A stretch of 64,000 bases of DNA from an uncultured Terracidiphilus sp. (GTDB taxonomy: Bacteria; Acidobacteriota; Terriglobia; Terriglobales; Acidobacteriaceae): positions 6,722 through 70,721 of the forward strand of contig CAZYDF010000007.1 in assembly GCA_964645855.1 (NCBI GenBank), read 5' to 3'. Below the pieces are notes generated by a model. The model was not told where the DNA came from. It did no database searches and worked only from the letters and a program-made list of their open reading frames with translations. Position numbers and translations under genes: made by a program. Below, one piece after another: positions 39,578 through 49,470 of this stretch (position 1 is its first letter; each line of letters opens with the position of its first letter).

Positions 39578-40759
39578 TTAGATCCGGCAGTACGTTAGAT
39601 CCGGCAGATCGTACTCGCCCAGCTTCAGCGGATACTTGCCGTACTCCCGCACCAGATTCACCACGTAGTCGTAGCTTGCGGGCGGCACGTTGGTGGGCAC
39701 CGAGTGGTCGCTCTGGAAGATGAACCCGCCGCCCTTGGCCACATTCAGCTTGGTCAGCGCGGCGGCCTTCAGCTCTTCCCTGCTGCCCGCGGCCCACAGT
39801 TGCACATCGAAGTTGCCGCAGAAGCCGATCCGGTGCCCATACTGGCGGCGCAGCTCGATGGCGTCCATCCCAGCCTTGAACTCCAGCGGGTTGTAGGCGT
39901 CCAAGCCGATCTCGATGAAGTCCTCAAAGATCTTCAGCGCCCGTCCGCAGCCGTGATAGATGACCGGAATGCCGGCGCTGTGGCACTCGGCAATCATGGC
40001 CTTGACGCCCGGCTTGAAGACCTTCCGCCAAAAGACTGGCGAGAACAGCATGCCCTTGTTGAAGGCCACATCGCCCCAGATCACCATGCCGGCCAGTTTG
40101 CCGCCCGCCGCTTTGATCTGCGCCTGGATCAGCCCCAGGTTGTACTCATGCAGCCGGTCGACAAAGCGGGCGATCTGCTCCGGATACTCACCCATGCCCA
40201 TGAGCACGTTTTCCTGCCCGGCGATGCGCCAGATCATCTCGTGCGCCTCGCAGACGGAGCCAAAGACCGGGAAGTCCTCATAGACCGCATCCACGCGCTC
40301 CATCCACGCGGGCGTGTTGCGCGTGAAGCCATCGCCCACGCCGTTGATTTGATCGTCGCCGGCCTGGAAGAAACGCCGTTCGTCAAATGGGTCGTCGAAC
40401 TGGAAGGCCTCCAGCTTTTCGATGGTGTCGGTGTCAAATCCCACGTAGGCCGGCATGGGTAGATCGAAGCGCTTGCGGATGGTGGCTCCAAAGCCGGTCT
40501 TCACCGTCACCTCGGTCGCGGTCTCCACCAACGTCTGAAAGGGCTGGATATGGGGATCAAGATTGGGCGTCTCCACGCGCCAGTCCAGGTCGTAGTAGCG
40601 GTAGATGTCGGCGTCGGCGGCCAGTCCGAACTCCTTGCGCCACTCGGTGAGGAAGCCGCCCCAGAAGAAGTCGCTGATCGGAACCCGGTCCGGCTCCTCG
40701 TGGTGCAGGGCCTTCAACATCCGTTCCAGTTTCCGATTGCAGTTTGCGGTTCGTTCCAT
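39578..40759 (-). CDS. Uroporphyrinogen decarboxylase / MtaA-CmuA family protein
   Basis: EPDRVP, WGDVA....LFSP, YHGCG, GGFIFQSDHSVP. Confidence 0.8.
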   Translation of the reverse strand: MERTANCNRKLERMLKALHHEEPDRVPISDFFWGGFLTEWRKEFGLAADADIYRYYDLDWRVETPNLDPHIQPFQTLVETATEVTVKTGFGATIRKRFDLPMPAYVGFDTDTIEKLEAFQFDDPFDERRFFQAGDDQINGVGDGFTRNTPAWMERVDAVYEDFPVFGSVCEAHEMIWRIAGQENVLMGMGEYPEQIARFVDRLHEYNLGLIQAQIKAAGGKLAGMVIWGDVAFNKGMLFSPVFWRKVFKPGVKAMIAECHSAGIPVIYHGCGRALKIFEDFIEIGLDAYNPLEFKAGMDAIELRRQYGHRIGFCGNFDVQLWAAGSREELKAAALTKLNVAKGGGFIFQSDHSVPTNVPPASYDYVVNLVREYGKYPLKLGEYDLPDLTYCRI

Positions 40760-41077
40760 GGCTTGCTCCTCACCCGATGCGGGCTACGCACACAGCTTTC
40801 GACAAAGAGCTGTGGCGCGCTGTGTCTGGTTGAATTCGCGAGTATCATACGCCGCGACCGGGGATCATTCTCCCGCAAAATTGCACCATGTTTGCGTTCC
40901 GGCAAGAAAGTGGGTAGAGGGATCGTTTATGCTATCTTCGGCACGCGAACTATTTGTTCGCATGTTCCGCGCTGCGGTCCCTGCGGGAGAACCGGGCGCA
41001 AACAACTGGGGTTTACCTCCAGCCGGGCATCGCACAACAACTCCGCCCGGCGGAGATTGGAAAAGGGGAGAGACACA

Positions 41078-42277
41078 ATGAGCAAATTCATGAACGGCCG
41101 GCGCGACTTTCTGAAGCACGCAGGCATCATGGGATCGGCCGCCATGATGGCCGCCATGCCCGACAGCGCCATGGCCTGGGGAGGCTCCGGCAGCATTGTG
41201 CAGGACGCCGTAAAGCCCGTGGCCACCGAGGCGCCCAAGCACCACATCAAGTTCGGGGTCTGCGGTATGAGCCACGACCACATCTACAGCATGATCGGCG
41301 CCGTGCAGCGTGGCGGCGGCGAGCTGGTGGCCGCCTGGGCGGGCGAAGACGACAAGCTGGCCCAGCTCAAGAAGCGCTTCCCGAATGTGAAGGTTGCCGC
41401 CACCCAGGACGAGATCATCAACGACCCGTCCCTGCAGTTGGTTTTGAGCTCGCAGGTGGCCAGCCAGCGCGCCGGCATCGGCGTCAAGGTGATGAAGACC
41501 GGCAAGGACTTTCTTTCGGACAAGCCCGGCATCACCACGCTCGAGCAGCTGGCCGAGGTCCGCAAGACCATCGCCGAGACCAAGCGCATCTACGGCATTC
41601 TTTATAGCGAACGGCTTGAAGTGAAGGCCGCAGTACACGCCGGCGAGCTGATCAAGCAGGGCGCCATTGGCAAGGTAATCCAGACCATCAACATCGCTCC
41701 TCACCAGGTGATCCAGGGTCATGGCGACTGGGGCGGCGGATTGGGCGGGCGTCCCGAGTGGTTCTGGGACCCAGAACTCTACGGCGGCATCCTGTGCGAC
41801 ATCGGCTCGCATCAAGTGGACCAGTTCCTCTACTACACCGGCTCCAAGACGGCGGAGATTGCCGAGTCGCAGGTCTCCAACATCCGCCACCCCAACCGGC
41901 CCAAGTTCCAGGACTTTGGCGACATGGTTCTGCGCGGCGACCGCGGCTTTGGCTACGTCCGTCTGGACTGGTTCACGCCCGACGGCCTGGGCACCTGGGG
42001 CGATGGCCGCCTCTTTGTCCTGGGCACCAACGGCTACATTGAAGTGCGCAAGTACACCAACGTCGCCGTCGGCCACCAAGGCAACAATCTGTTCATCGTC
42101 GACAACAAGGAAGCCCGCTACATTGACTGCAACGCCATGGCGCTGCCCTTTGGCCCGCAGTTTGTGGACGACCTTGTGAACCGCACCCACAACGCGCAGG
42201 ACCAGGAGCAGTGCCTGCTGGCGGCCGAACTCGTCATCAAGGCCCAGATGCAGGCCAAGCACGTGACGATTGCTTAG
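41078..42277 (+). CDS. Tat-exported Gfo/Idh/MocA oxidoreductase
   Basis: RRDFLK Tat motif, SDKPG, GGILCDIGSHQVD. Confidence 0.88.
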   Translation: MSKFMNGRRDFLKHAGIMGSAAMMAAMPDSAMAWGGSGSIVQDAVKPVATEAPKHHIKFGVCGMSHDHIYSMIGAVQRGGGELVAAWAGEDDKLAQLKKRFPNVKVAATQDEIINDPSLQLVLSSQVASQRAGIGVKVMKTGKDFLSDKPGITTLEQLAEVRKTIAETKRIYGILYSERLEVKAAVHAGELIKQGAIGKVIQTINIAPHQVIQGHGDWGGGLGGRPEWFWDPELYGGILCDIGSHQVDQFLYYTGSKTAEIAESQVSNIRHPNRPKFQDFGDMVLRGDRGFGYVRLDWFTPDGLGTWGDGRLFVLGTNGYIEVRKYTNVAVGHQGNNLFIVDNKEARYIDCNAMALPFGPQFVDDLVNRTHNAQDQEQCLLAAELVIKAQMQAKHVTIA

Positions 42278-42356
42278 TAAAAGCAGGGACTAAGGGACTC
42301 GGGACTAGGTGCTAAAGTCCCTTTCGACCCCATCTTTCCCTTTTTCAGCCAGATAG

Positions 42357-42396
42357 ACAAGGGGGCAGCCTTCTCCGGAAGGCTGCCCCCTTGTTT
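42357..42396. terminator. Intrinsic terminator between convergent genes
   Basis: ACAAGGGGGCAGCCTTC / GAAGGCTGCCCCCTTGT long stem. Confidence 0.75.
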
Positions 42397-42482
42397 CTTG
42401 TATGACCCAAACGCCTTGAGTGGCCCGGATGAGGGACTGCCCACCGCGAATAACCAGACCCTATTGATCCGGCCCTCGAATC

Positions 42483-42545
42483 GTGTCACTCTATCCCACC
42501 CATCCCGCACAAAACGCGGGATGGATGGGGCACCCAGCGGTCAGT
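42483..42545 (+). repeat. Family B REP, near-identical to 39473-39535
   Basis: Direct base-by-base comparison. Confidence 0.9.
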
Positions 42546-42571
42546 GTTGATGGGCCGGATCACTAAGCCCC

Positions 42572-43747
42572 TTAAACCTTCAGGAAAATCTTCTTGCGGT
42601 ACATGATCCAGACCGGAACCAGGCAGACGGCCATGAAGAGGAACGAGTAGCTGAAGGCAGCCCAGCCGGAGTCGGGGATCTGGCCGCAGATGTGGACCCG
42701 GACCCAGTTGAGGGCGTTCTGGCGCTTGCCATTTTCGGTCCAGATGAACATGAGAGCGATGCCGGGGATGAGCTCGCTGATCATGTAGGCGGCAATGGCG
42801 TTGGAGCCAAAGACCAGCCACGGGAAGGTGAGCTTGCTGGTCCAGCCCTGCTTGCCCCAGCCCTTGACCTCAACCAGATAGAAGCTGAGGGCAAAGACGG
42901 CTAGGCTCCATCCGGCCGCGGTGAGCACAAAGGAGCTGGTCCAGAGCTTCTTGTTGAGGGGAAACCAGATCGCCCAGGTGTAACCCAGCGCAAGCCATGT
43001 GGCCGAGGCTACGGCCATTCCCAGCGCCTTGCGGTTGAGCGAGCGGTTGGAGCGCAGCCAGAGCGCGGTAAGCAGGCCGAGCAGAGCCGTGCCCGTGGCG
43101 GGCAGGTCGCTGAGCAGGCCCTCAGGGTCGCGCAGATTGTAGTCGGGCGACTTTTCATACAAGTGGTAGGGCATGATCTGGCGGTCGAGCCAGCTGACCA
43201 GGTTCTGGTCCGGATCAAGCAGCACCACGTCCTTGCCGGGCAGGCCCACGCCGGGGATGGGGATGCAGGTCATCAGCACCCAATAACCCACCAGAGCTAC
43301 CACCAGGGCCACAACCTTGGTCCAGACGCGGCGATCGAAGAGGTAGAACAGGCTCACCAGCAGGTAGCAAACGGCGATCCGCTGCAGCACGCCGTAAAAG
43401 CGCATGTGGTCCAGATGGAAGTAGGGGAAGCTGTTGACCACAATGCCCAGCAGGATGAGGACGGCGGTGCGCACCATGGTGTGGCGAGCCAGTTGGCCGC
43501 GCGTGGCCCCCTTGGCCAGCCGCGCCTCAAAGGCAAAGACGATGGACATGCCCACCACAAACAGGAAGCTGGGAAAGACCAGATCGGTGGCCGTGAGGCC
43601 GTTCCAGGCGGCGTGGTGCATGAAGCCCCAGGCGCTGCGGCCGCCGTTGTTGTTCACCATGATCATGAAGGCGATGGTGAGCCCGCGGAGGGCGTCGAGC
43701 GAGAGCAGCCGTTTCAGGGGCGCGATGGTGGAGGGCGCGGCGGGCAT
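42572..43747 (-). CDS. HGSNAT/NagX-like membrane acyltransferase (DUF5009)
   Basis: RLLSLDALRG, W.G.T..DLVFP.F, GVLQRIA, DPEGLLS, PLNKKLWTSSF. Confidence 0.85.
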   Translation of the reverse strand: MPAAPSTIAPLKRLLSLDALRGLTIAFMIMVNNNGGRSAWGFMHHAAWNGLTATDLVFPSFLFVVGMSIVFAFEARLAKGATRGQLARHTMVRTAVLILLGIVVNSFPYFHLDHMRFYGVLQRIAVCYLLVSLFYLFDRRVWTKVVALVVALVGYWVLMTCIPIPGVGLPGKDVVLLDPDQNLVSWLDRQIMPYHLYEKSPDYNLRDPEGLLSDLPATGTALLGLLTALWLRSNRSLNRKALGMAVASATWLALGYTWAIWFPLNKKLWTSSFVLTAAGWSLAVFALSFYLVEVKGWGKQGWTSKLTFPWLVFGSNAIAAYMISELIPGIALMFIWTENGKRQNALNWVRVHICGQIPDSGWAAFSYSFLFMAVCLVPVWIMYRKKIFLKV

Positions 43748-43907
43748 TTTGGTTCTCCTGCTATCGGACTTTATGTGTTGTCCAATACAGTAGTGGCTGG
43801 GTCTCCTGTTCGCCAAGCGCGGTGCTCTCTATCGCTGGCCCCCCGGCGCCGATCCCCCGCTGAGCAGGAGCGCTCAAGACTTTGTATTTCGCACCAGGAG
43901 GCTGTCT

Positions 43908-46091
43908 GTGCCTGCATTCAAACCGTTTGTTCCGGCCGATTCCGACGCGCCGGAGTTCACCTTTCGCGCTGTCCTGCTCGGCGCCATCTTCGGCATCATC
44001 TTCGGAGCCGTTACGGTGTACGTTGGCCTGAAGGCCGGCCTGACCGTGGCCGCATCGATTCCGATCGCCGTGATCACCATCAGCATGCTGCGCCACAAGG
44101 GCCAGCCGTCGGTGCTGGAGACCGTCATTGTGCAGACGGCCGGCAACGCGGGCCAGTCGATTGCCGCTGGCGTCATCTTCACGCTGCCTGCTCTCATCTT
44201 CCTGGGCTTCGATCTGGAGTACGCGCGCATCTTCATGCTGGCGCTGATTGGCGGCTTCCTGGGCGTGCTGTTCATGGTGCCGCTGCGCAAGCCGCTCATC
44301 GTGGACGAGCACGAAGTGCTGCAATATCCCGAAGGCACGGCCTGCGCCGAGGTGATCAAGGCCGGGTCAAGGGGCGGCTCGACGGCCAGCCGCGTCTTCT
44401 ACGGCCTGGGATTGGGGGCGGTCTATGCGCTCTTCCAGAACGGCAACCTGATGAATGCCTGGCCGGCGACTCCCGAGTATCGCCCGGACTGGATGGGCGA
44501 CCAGCACGTGATGAAGGGCTCGGCGATCAAGGCCGACGCCACCGCCGAGTATCTGGGTGTGGGCTACATCATTGGGCCGAAGACAGCGGGCATCATCTTT
44601 GCCGGTGGCGTGTTCAGCTGGCTGGTTTTGATGCCGCTGCTCTACTTCTTTGGCAAGAACCTGAGCATGCCGATCTATCCGGGCACCATCCTGATCCGGG
44701 ACATGGGACCGAGCGAGATCTGGGCCACCTACATCCGGCCGATGGGTGCGGGCGCGGTGGCCGCGGCCGGCTTGATTACCCTCTTCAAGACGCTGCCCAC
44801 GATTGTGGGCGCGCTCAAGTCGGGCTTCAAGAACATGGGCAAGAAGGGCGGCGTGGGCGTGGACGCGCCCAAGCGCACCGAGCACGATCTCTCCATGAGC
44901 ACGGCCATCTTTGGCTGCATCGGGCTGGTGGTTCTGATGTTCATCTTCCTGGTCTTCAAGCCGGTGCCGGGCGCGCAGCTGGGACTGGTTGAGAACCTGG
45001 CCGCATCGCTGTTGATCATCTTCTTTGGCTTCCTGTTTGTGACGGTCAGCTCGCGGATTGTGGGTCTGATTGGCAGCTCGGCCAACCCCATCAGCGGCAT
45101 GACGATTGCCACGCTGATGGCTACGTCGGCGATCTTTCTGGTGAGCGGCTGGGTGGGTCCGGCCTTTGGCGCGCTGGCCATCACCATTGGCGGCGTGGTC
45201 TGCATCGCCTCGGCTGAGGCAGGCGACACTTCGCAGGATTTGAAGACCGGCTACCTGCTGGGCGCCACGCCCATCAAGCAGCGGTACGCCTTCCTGATCG
45301 GCATCGTGTTTTCCACCATAGCCATTGGCGGCACGCTGAACATGATGAACCAGGGCCTGCAGGAGTTCCGTGAAGCTCCGCATGCTTGGGACATTGCAGC
45401 TGCGCATCCAGGCGTGACGATGCTGACCAGCACCACGGGCCTGATGGACAGCTTCCCGGTGAAGGCGGCCAAGGGCACCACAACCACCACCCACAAGAAG
45501 AGCGAGTACGTGCTGCTGAACGCGCTTGGCTCCGACGAGCTGGCCGATGGCAAGTATCTCTACTCGCCGGTTTCGCACCAGATTGAGGTGCAGTGGATTC
45601 CGGGCATTGGCAGCGAGCAGGCAGCAGCTCCGCAGGCCCGCTTGATGGCTACGGTCATCAACGGCATTCTAACCCGCAAGCTGCCCTGGGGCCTGGTGCT
45701 CCTGGGCGTCTTCCTGGTGATTGGCGTGGAGCTGCTGGGTATCCGCTCGCTCTCCTTTGCGGTGGGCGCGTACCTTTCCATCGGCACCACGCTGGCCATC
45801 TTTACCGGCGGCGTGGTCCGAGCCATGGTGGATGCCGCCGGCAAGAAGGACGATGCGGGCGAAGAGGGCGATGCTTCTTCTGGTTCCCTGTTTGCCTCCG
45901 GCTTGATTGCAGCCGGTGGCATCATGGGCCTAATGGGCGTGATCAACTCCTTCTTCCGCATGAAGTTCAGCCTGCCGAATTACATCGGCCTGCCGCATGG
46001 ACCGATCTACAACGACGGCGTTTCCGTGCTGGCATTTTGCTTGCTGGCCTACGCGCTCTACTACTTTGCGCGCAAGCCGCTGGCCAAGTAA
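43908..46091 (+). CDS. OPT family oligopeptide transporter
   Basis: YVGLKAGLTV.ASIP, L.YPEGTAC, SANPISGM, QDLKTGYLLGATP, APQARLMA. Confidence 0.92.
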   Translation: MPAFKPFVPADSDAPEFTFRAVLLGAIFGIIFGAVTVYVGLKAGLTVAASIPIAVITISMLRHKGQPSVLETVIVQTAGNAGQSIAAGVIFTLPALIFLGFDLEYARIFMLALIGGFLGVLFMVPLRKPLIVDEHEVLQYPEGTACAEVIKAGSRGGSTASRVFYGLGLGAVYALFQNGNLMNAWPATPEYRPDWMGDQHVMKGSAIKADATAEYLGVGYIIGPKTAGIIFAGGVFSWLVLMPLLYFFGKNLSMPIYPGTILIRDMGPSEIWATYIRPMGAGAVAAAGLITLFKTLPTIVGALKSGFKNMGKKGGVGVDAPKRTEHDLSMSTAIFGCIGLVVLMFIFLVFKPVPGAQLGLVENLAASLLIIFFGFLFVTVSSRIVGLIGSSANPISGMTIATLMATSAIFLVSGWVGPAFGALAITIGGVVCIASAEAGDTSQDLKTGYLLGATPIKQRYAFLIGIVFSTIAIGGTLNMMNQGLQEFREAPHAWDIAAAHPGVTMLTSTTGLMDSFPVKAAKGTTTTTHKKSEYVLLNALGSDELADGKYLYSPVSHQIEVQWIPGIGSEQAAAPQARLMATVINGILTRKLPWGLVLLGVFLVIGVELLGIRSLSFAVGAYLSIGTTLAIFTGGVVRAMVDAAGKKDDAGEEGDASSGSLFASGLIAAGGIMGLMGVINSFFRMKFSLPNYIGLPHGPIYNDGVSVLAFCLLAYALYYFARKPLAK

Positions 46092-46110
46092 CTCGACGGT
46101 TGCAAAACCC

Positions 46111-46143
46111 AACGCCCTGTCCACAGCTGCGGGCAGGGCGTTT
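46111..46143 (+). terminator. Intrinsic terminator after the OPT gene
   Basis: AACGCCCTG / CAGGGCGTT stem followed by T-run. Confidence 0.7.
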
Positions 46144-46157
46144 GTTCTTGGTGTGGA

Positions 46158-46439
46158 TCAGAAGCGCTCTTCGCGTGCGGCGTGGACAAAGCGCAGAATA
46201 TTCACGGCCTCAGCGTCGACCGAATAGACCAAGATGTAGGGCAGAGGGTGTAGAACGAGTTCACGGGTCCCCAGCTTGCGGCCCATCCGGCCCTTTGAAG
46301 GAAAACTCTTCAGGGTCTTGGCCGCGGTATACAAGCGCTCCTGCGTAGCTTGGGAAAATTCAGGGTGGTGCAGCCGAAGGTAGCTGGCGATCTGCTCCAG
46401 ATCGTCGGCGGAAGCCAGCGACCAGCGGAGCTGTTTCAT
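46158..46439 (-). CDS. ParE/RelE-family type II toxin
   Basis: LRWS..SADDLEQI..Y, L..FP.KGR.G...GTRELV...PYILVY, ILRFVHAAR. Confidence 0.88.
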   Translation of the reverse strand: MKQLRWSLASADDLEQIASYLRLHHPEFSQATQERLYTAAKTLKSFPSKGRMGRKLGTRELVLHPLPYILVYSVDAEAVNILRFVHAAREERF

Positions 46440-46660
46440 GCCCGCAGGATCTTTGCGAATCGCAGATCCATCGCGTCTTCCTCAAGAAACTCGCCACGGG
46501 CGATCTGGTCGATGCCAGTTTGCACCTGCTCGTCGAACCAGCGCTCTCCCGCCAGCAGCCGGTCAACTGCCTCGACCACAAGTGCTTCCGCAGGACGGCC
46601 GGTGCGGGCTGCAAGGCTGGCCAATTCGACGGTCTGACGCTCAGGAAGCTGCATCTCCAT
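46436..46660 (-). CDS. RHH/CopG-type antitoxin
   Basis: L..LAARTGR....LV.EAV..LL, acidic C-terminus; ATGA overlap with the toxin. Confidence 0.8.
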   Translation of the reverse strand: MEMQLPERQTVELASLAARTGRPAEALVVEAVDRLLAGERWFDEQVQTGIDQIARGEFLEEDAMDLRFAKILRA

Positions 46661-46892
46661 CCTTCGAGCTTAGGAGCAGCTTCAGGGCATGTCAACAACA
46701 ACCGGCCGGACTTGGGCAGAAGCCTGGCTGGTGGGTGAAGCAGGAGATGCAGGCGTGACCGTTTGCTACCACCACATCGCAGTGGTGGCCCTTACCACTG
46801 TCTTTGCTGCCTGATTCCACACCAGCCAGGCGTCCGCAGCGCCGTCGCGTACAGGGTAGCTGGGTGTTCCCAGGTCTCTGGGAGAGGAACCC

Positions 46893-47837
46893 CTACGCCT
46901 CGGTTCCCTCCGGTACCAGAAGCGTCAAGGCGTTAGGGACAATCTCCATGCGCACGGGCAGCACGCCCAGCGGCTCGCCATCGGCCTCGGCGCGCAACTG
47001 CTGCTGGTCGCCATCGAGCGGCTCGCACTCCACCACGTTGGCCTCAAGCCGCTCCACGGCCCCGCTGAAGGGATGCCTTCCCAGCGCCGCTCCCGCTACA
47101 AAACGCAGATACTCCCAGCGGCTTTGGGTAGAAAAGGCCAGCATCTGCAGGCGGTCGCTGGTAAGACTTGCGCCCGGCACCAGCGAACCCACCGCGCCCC
47201 CCAGCGAGCGCACCCGGATTACCAGCAACTGCGAGACATGGCGCGGTTCGCCACCATCCAGACGCACCTGATAGAGCGGAAAGCGGCCGTTGGCCCAGAT
47301 GCGCAATCCATCCACAATGTAGAGCAGGTAGCCGATGTGGCGCTTGAGGCCGGGATCCATCTCCGCCATCAACTGGGCATCGGGGCCAACGCCTGCTGCC
47401 ACCAGAAAAAAACGTTCGCGCTGCTCGCCACGGCGGTTGCAGTAGGCAATGCGCCCCACCGGCATCCGCACCGGCGTGGCCCACAGCAGCTTGGCGGCGG
47501 CGCGCGCCGGATCGCCTGCCAACCCCAGGCTTGCCGCCAGGGCGTTGGCGGTGCCAAAGGGAACCACGCCCAGCGCCGTATCCGTCCTATCCGTCCCGGC
47601 CAGCCCCTGCAGCGCGTGGTGGACGGTGCCATCGCCGCCGCAGACGATGACGGTGTCATAGCCTTGATCGGAGGCTTTGCGGGCCAGCACCGCCGCCGAG
47701 CCTGGGCCATTCGTCGCGTAACTGGCAAGCTCCGCGCCCTGGCTTGAGAGCACGGCCGCCACCGCATCCAACTGGGCGCGGCGCTGGGACGAATGTCCAC
47801 CGGAGATAGGGTTCGAGATCAATGCTATGCGGCGCAT
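46893..47837 (-). CDS. Diacylglycerol/lipid kinase family protein (YegS-like)
   Basis: NPISG, GGDGT, PFGTANALA, GVGPDA, ADGE. Confidence 0.88.
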   Translation of the reverse strand: MRRIALISNPISGGHSSQRRAQLDAVAAVLSSQGAELASYATNGPGSAAVLARKASDQGYDTVIVCGGDGTVHHALQGLAGTDRTDTALGVVPFGTANALAASLGLAGDPARAAAKLLWATPVRMPVGRIAYCNRRGEQRERFFLVAAGVGPDAQLMAEMDPGLKRHIGYLLYIVDGLRIWANGRFPLYQVRLDGGEPRHVSQLLVIRVRSLGGAVGSLVPGASLTSDRLQMLAFSTQSRWEYLRFVAGAALGRHPFSGAVERLEANVVECEPLDGDQQQLRAEADGEPLGVLPVRMEIVPNALTLLVPEGTEA

Positions 47838-48051
47838 TTTTTCGGGCTCCAGAATGATCCGTCTTCGGGGCCAAGTCAGCTGGAACCGCAAGACTCCCCC
47901 ATCTTCGCAGGTTTTCCTTCAGCCGGGGGCCTACAGCAGGCCCGCAGCCCTCCAGCAACCCATATTAAAACAACATCTTCACACGTTTTCCGCCGAATTG
48001 CCGCGCAATCCACATGCGGCAGTCCGACCCCGTTGGCCTAAACTTTTTGCT

Positions 48052-49437
48052 ATGGCCGCCATCCCTAACCTGACTCTCGACGCGGGCCTCCCGGCCAATG
48101 TTGACGCGGAAAAAACGATTCTGGGCGCAATCCTGCTGGAAAATGCCGCCCACTCTGAGGCCGCTGAAAAGCTGACCTCGGAAGACTTCTCACTCGACTC
48201 GCACCAGATCATCTACCGCCGCATGTCGGAGCTGATGGACACCCAGCGCGCGGTGGACATTGTGACCCTGGCGCACGAGCTGCAGCGCTCCAAGGAGATT
48301 GAGGCGGTGGGCGGCGTTGCCTACCTGGCCTCGCTCACGGAGGGTTTGCCGCGCCGGCCAGTGATTGAAGACTACATCCGCATCGTCAAGGAGAAGAGCC
48401 TCTTCCGCAAGGTGATGGCCATTTGCGCCGTGGCCATTGCGCGCGCCTCCGATCAATCCGACGCGGCGCTGGACGTGGTGGGCGAGGCTGAGCGGCAGTT
48501 GCTGGAGGCCACCCAGAGCTCCATCACCTACGGCTTGCAGCCCCTGGACCAGATTGTGGCCGGCTCGTTCGGCTCCATCGACAAGCTCTACGAGCAGTCG
48601 CGGGAAGTGACCGGTCTGGCTACGGATTTTACGGAACTGGACCGCATGACCTCTGGCTTCCAGAAGGGCGAACTCATCATCCTGGCCGCGCGCCCTTCCA
48701 TGGGCAAGACGGCCTTTGCCATCAACATTGCGCAGAACGCAGCCATCAATCACGGCGCTGTGGTGGCGGTCTTCAGCTTGGAAATGAGCAAGGAATCGCT
48801 GCTCCGACGTATGCTTGCCAGCCAAGCCTGGGTGGACCAGCGCAAGTTGCAAACCGGTTTTTTGGGCCGAGAAGACCACGATAAGCTGCAAACCGCGCTC
48901 GGCCAGTTGGTGGAATCGCGCATGTTCATTGACGATTCGGCCGGTATCTCGCTCACCGAGATGCGCGCCAAATCCCGCCGGCTGAAGCAGACCCTGGGCA
49001 AGCTGGATCTGATTGTGGTGGATTATCTACAGTTGATGTCGGCGACGCAGCCGGGCTCCAGCAAAAAGGGCTACGAGAACCGTAACCAGGAAGTATCGGC
49101 CATCTCCCGCGGCCTGAAGGCGCTGGCCAAAGAGCTGGGCGTACCGGTGCTGGCGCTCTCGCAACTCTCCCGTTCCAGCGAACGCCGCGGCGACGACAAG
49201 CGCCCGCTGTTGAGCGATCTGCGCGAATCGGGATCGATTGAGCAGGACGCCGACGTGGTGATCTTCATCCATCGCGATGCGTATTATGATCGCGACAAGG
49301 AACTGAGCGAGAGCGATCGCGCCAAGAGCGAAATCATCATTGCCAAGCAGCGTAACGGCCCCACAGACACCGTGAATTTGAACTTCATCAGCCGCTTCAC
49401 GCGCTTCGATAATCCGGATACCACGCACGAAGGGTAA
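48052..49437 (+). CDS. dnaB: Replicative DNA helicase
   Basis: AARPSMGKT, FSLEM, VVDYLQLM, LSQLSR, SDLRESGSIEQDAD, KQRNGPT. Confidence 0.97.
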   Translation: MAAIPNLTLDAGLPANVDAEKTILGAILLENAAHSEAAEKLTSEDFSLDSHQIIYRRMSELMDTQRAVDIVTLAHELQRSKEIEAVGGVAYLASLTEGLPRRPVIEDYIRIVKEKSLFRKVMAICAVAIARASDQSDAALDVVGEAERQLLEATQSSITYGLQPLDQIVAGSFGSIDKLYEQSREVTGLATDFTELDRMTSGFQKGELIILAARPSMGKTAFAINIAQNAAINHGAVVAVFSLEMSKESLLRRMLASQAWVDQRKLQTGFLGREDHDKLQTALGQLVESRMFIDDSAGISLTEMRAKSRRLKQTLGKLDLIVVDYLQLMSATQPGSSKKGYENRNQEVSAISRGLKALAKELGVPVLALSQLSRSSERRGDDKRPLLSDLRESGSIEQDADVVIFIHRDAYYDRDKELSESDRAKSEIIIAKQRNGPTDTVNLNFISRFTRFDNPDTTHEG

Positions 49438-49470
49438 GTGAGTGTGTCGCCGGCACTACAATCAAGCTGT

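Noticed and set aside
48052..49437. Intein in DnaB
   Set aside because: The 461-aa protein has contiguous helicase motifs and no intein termini.
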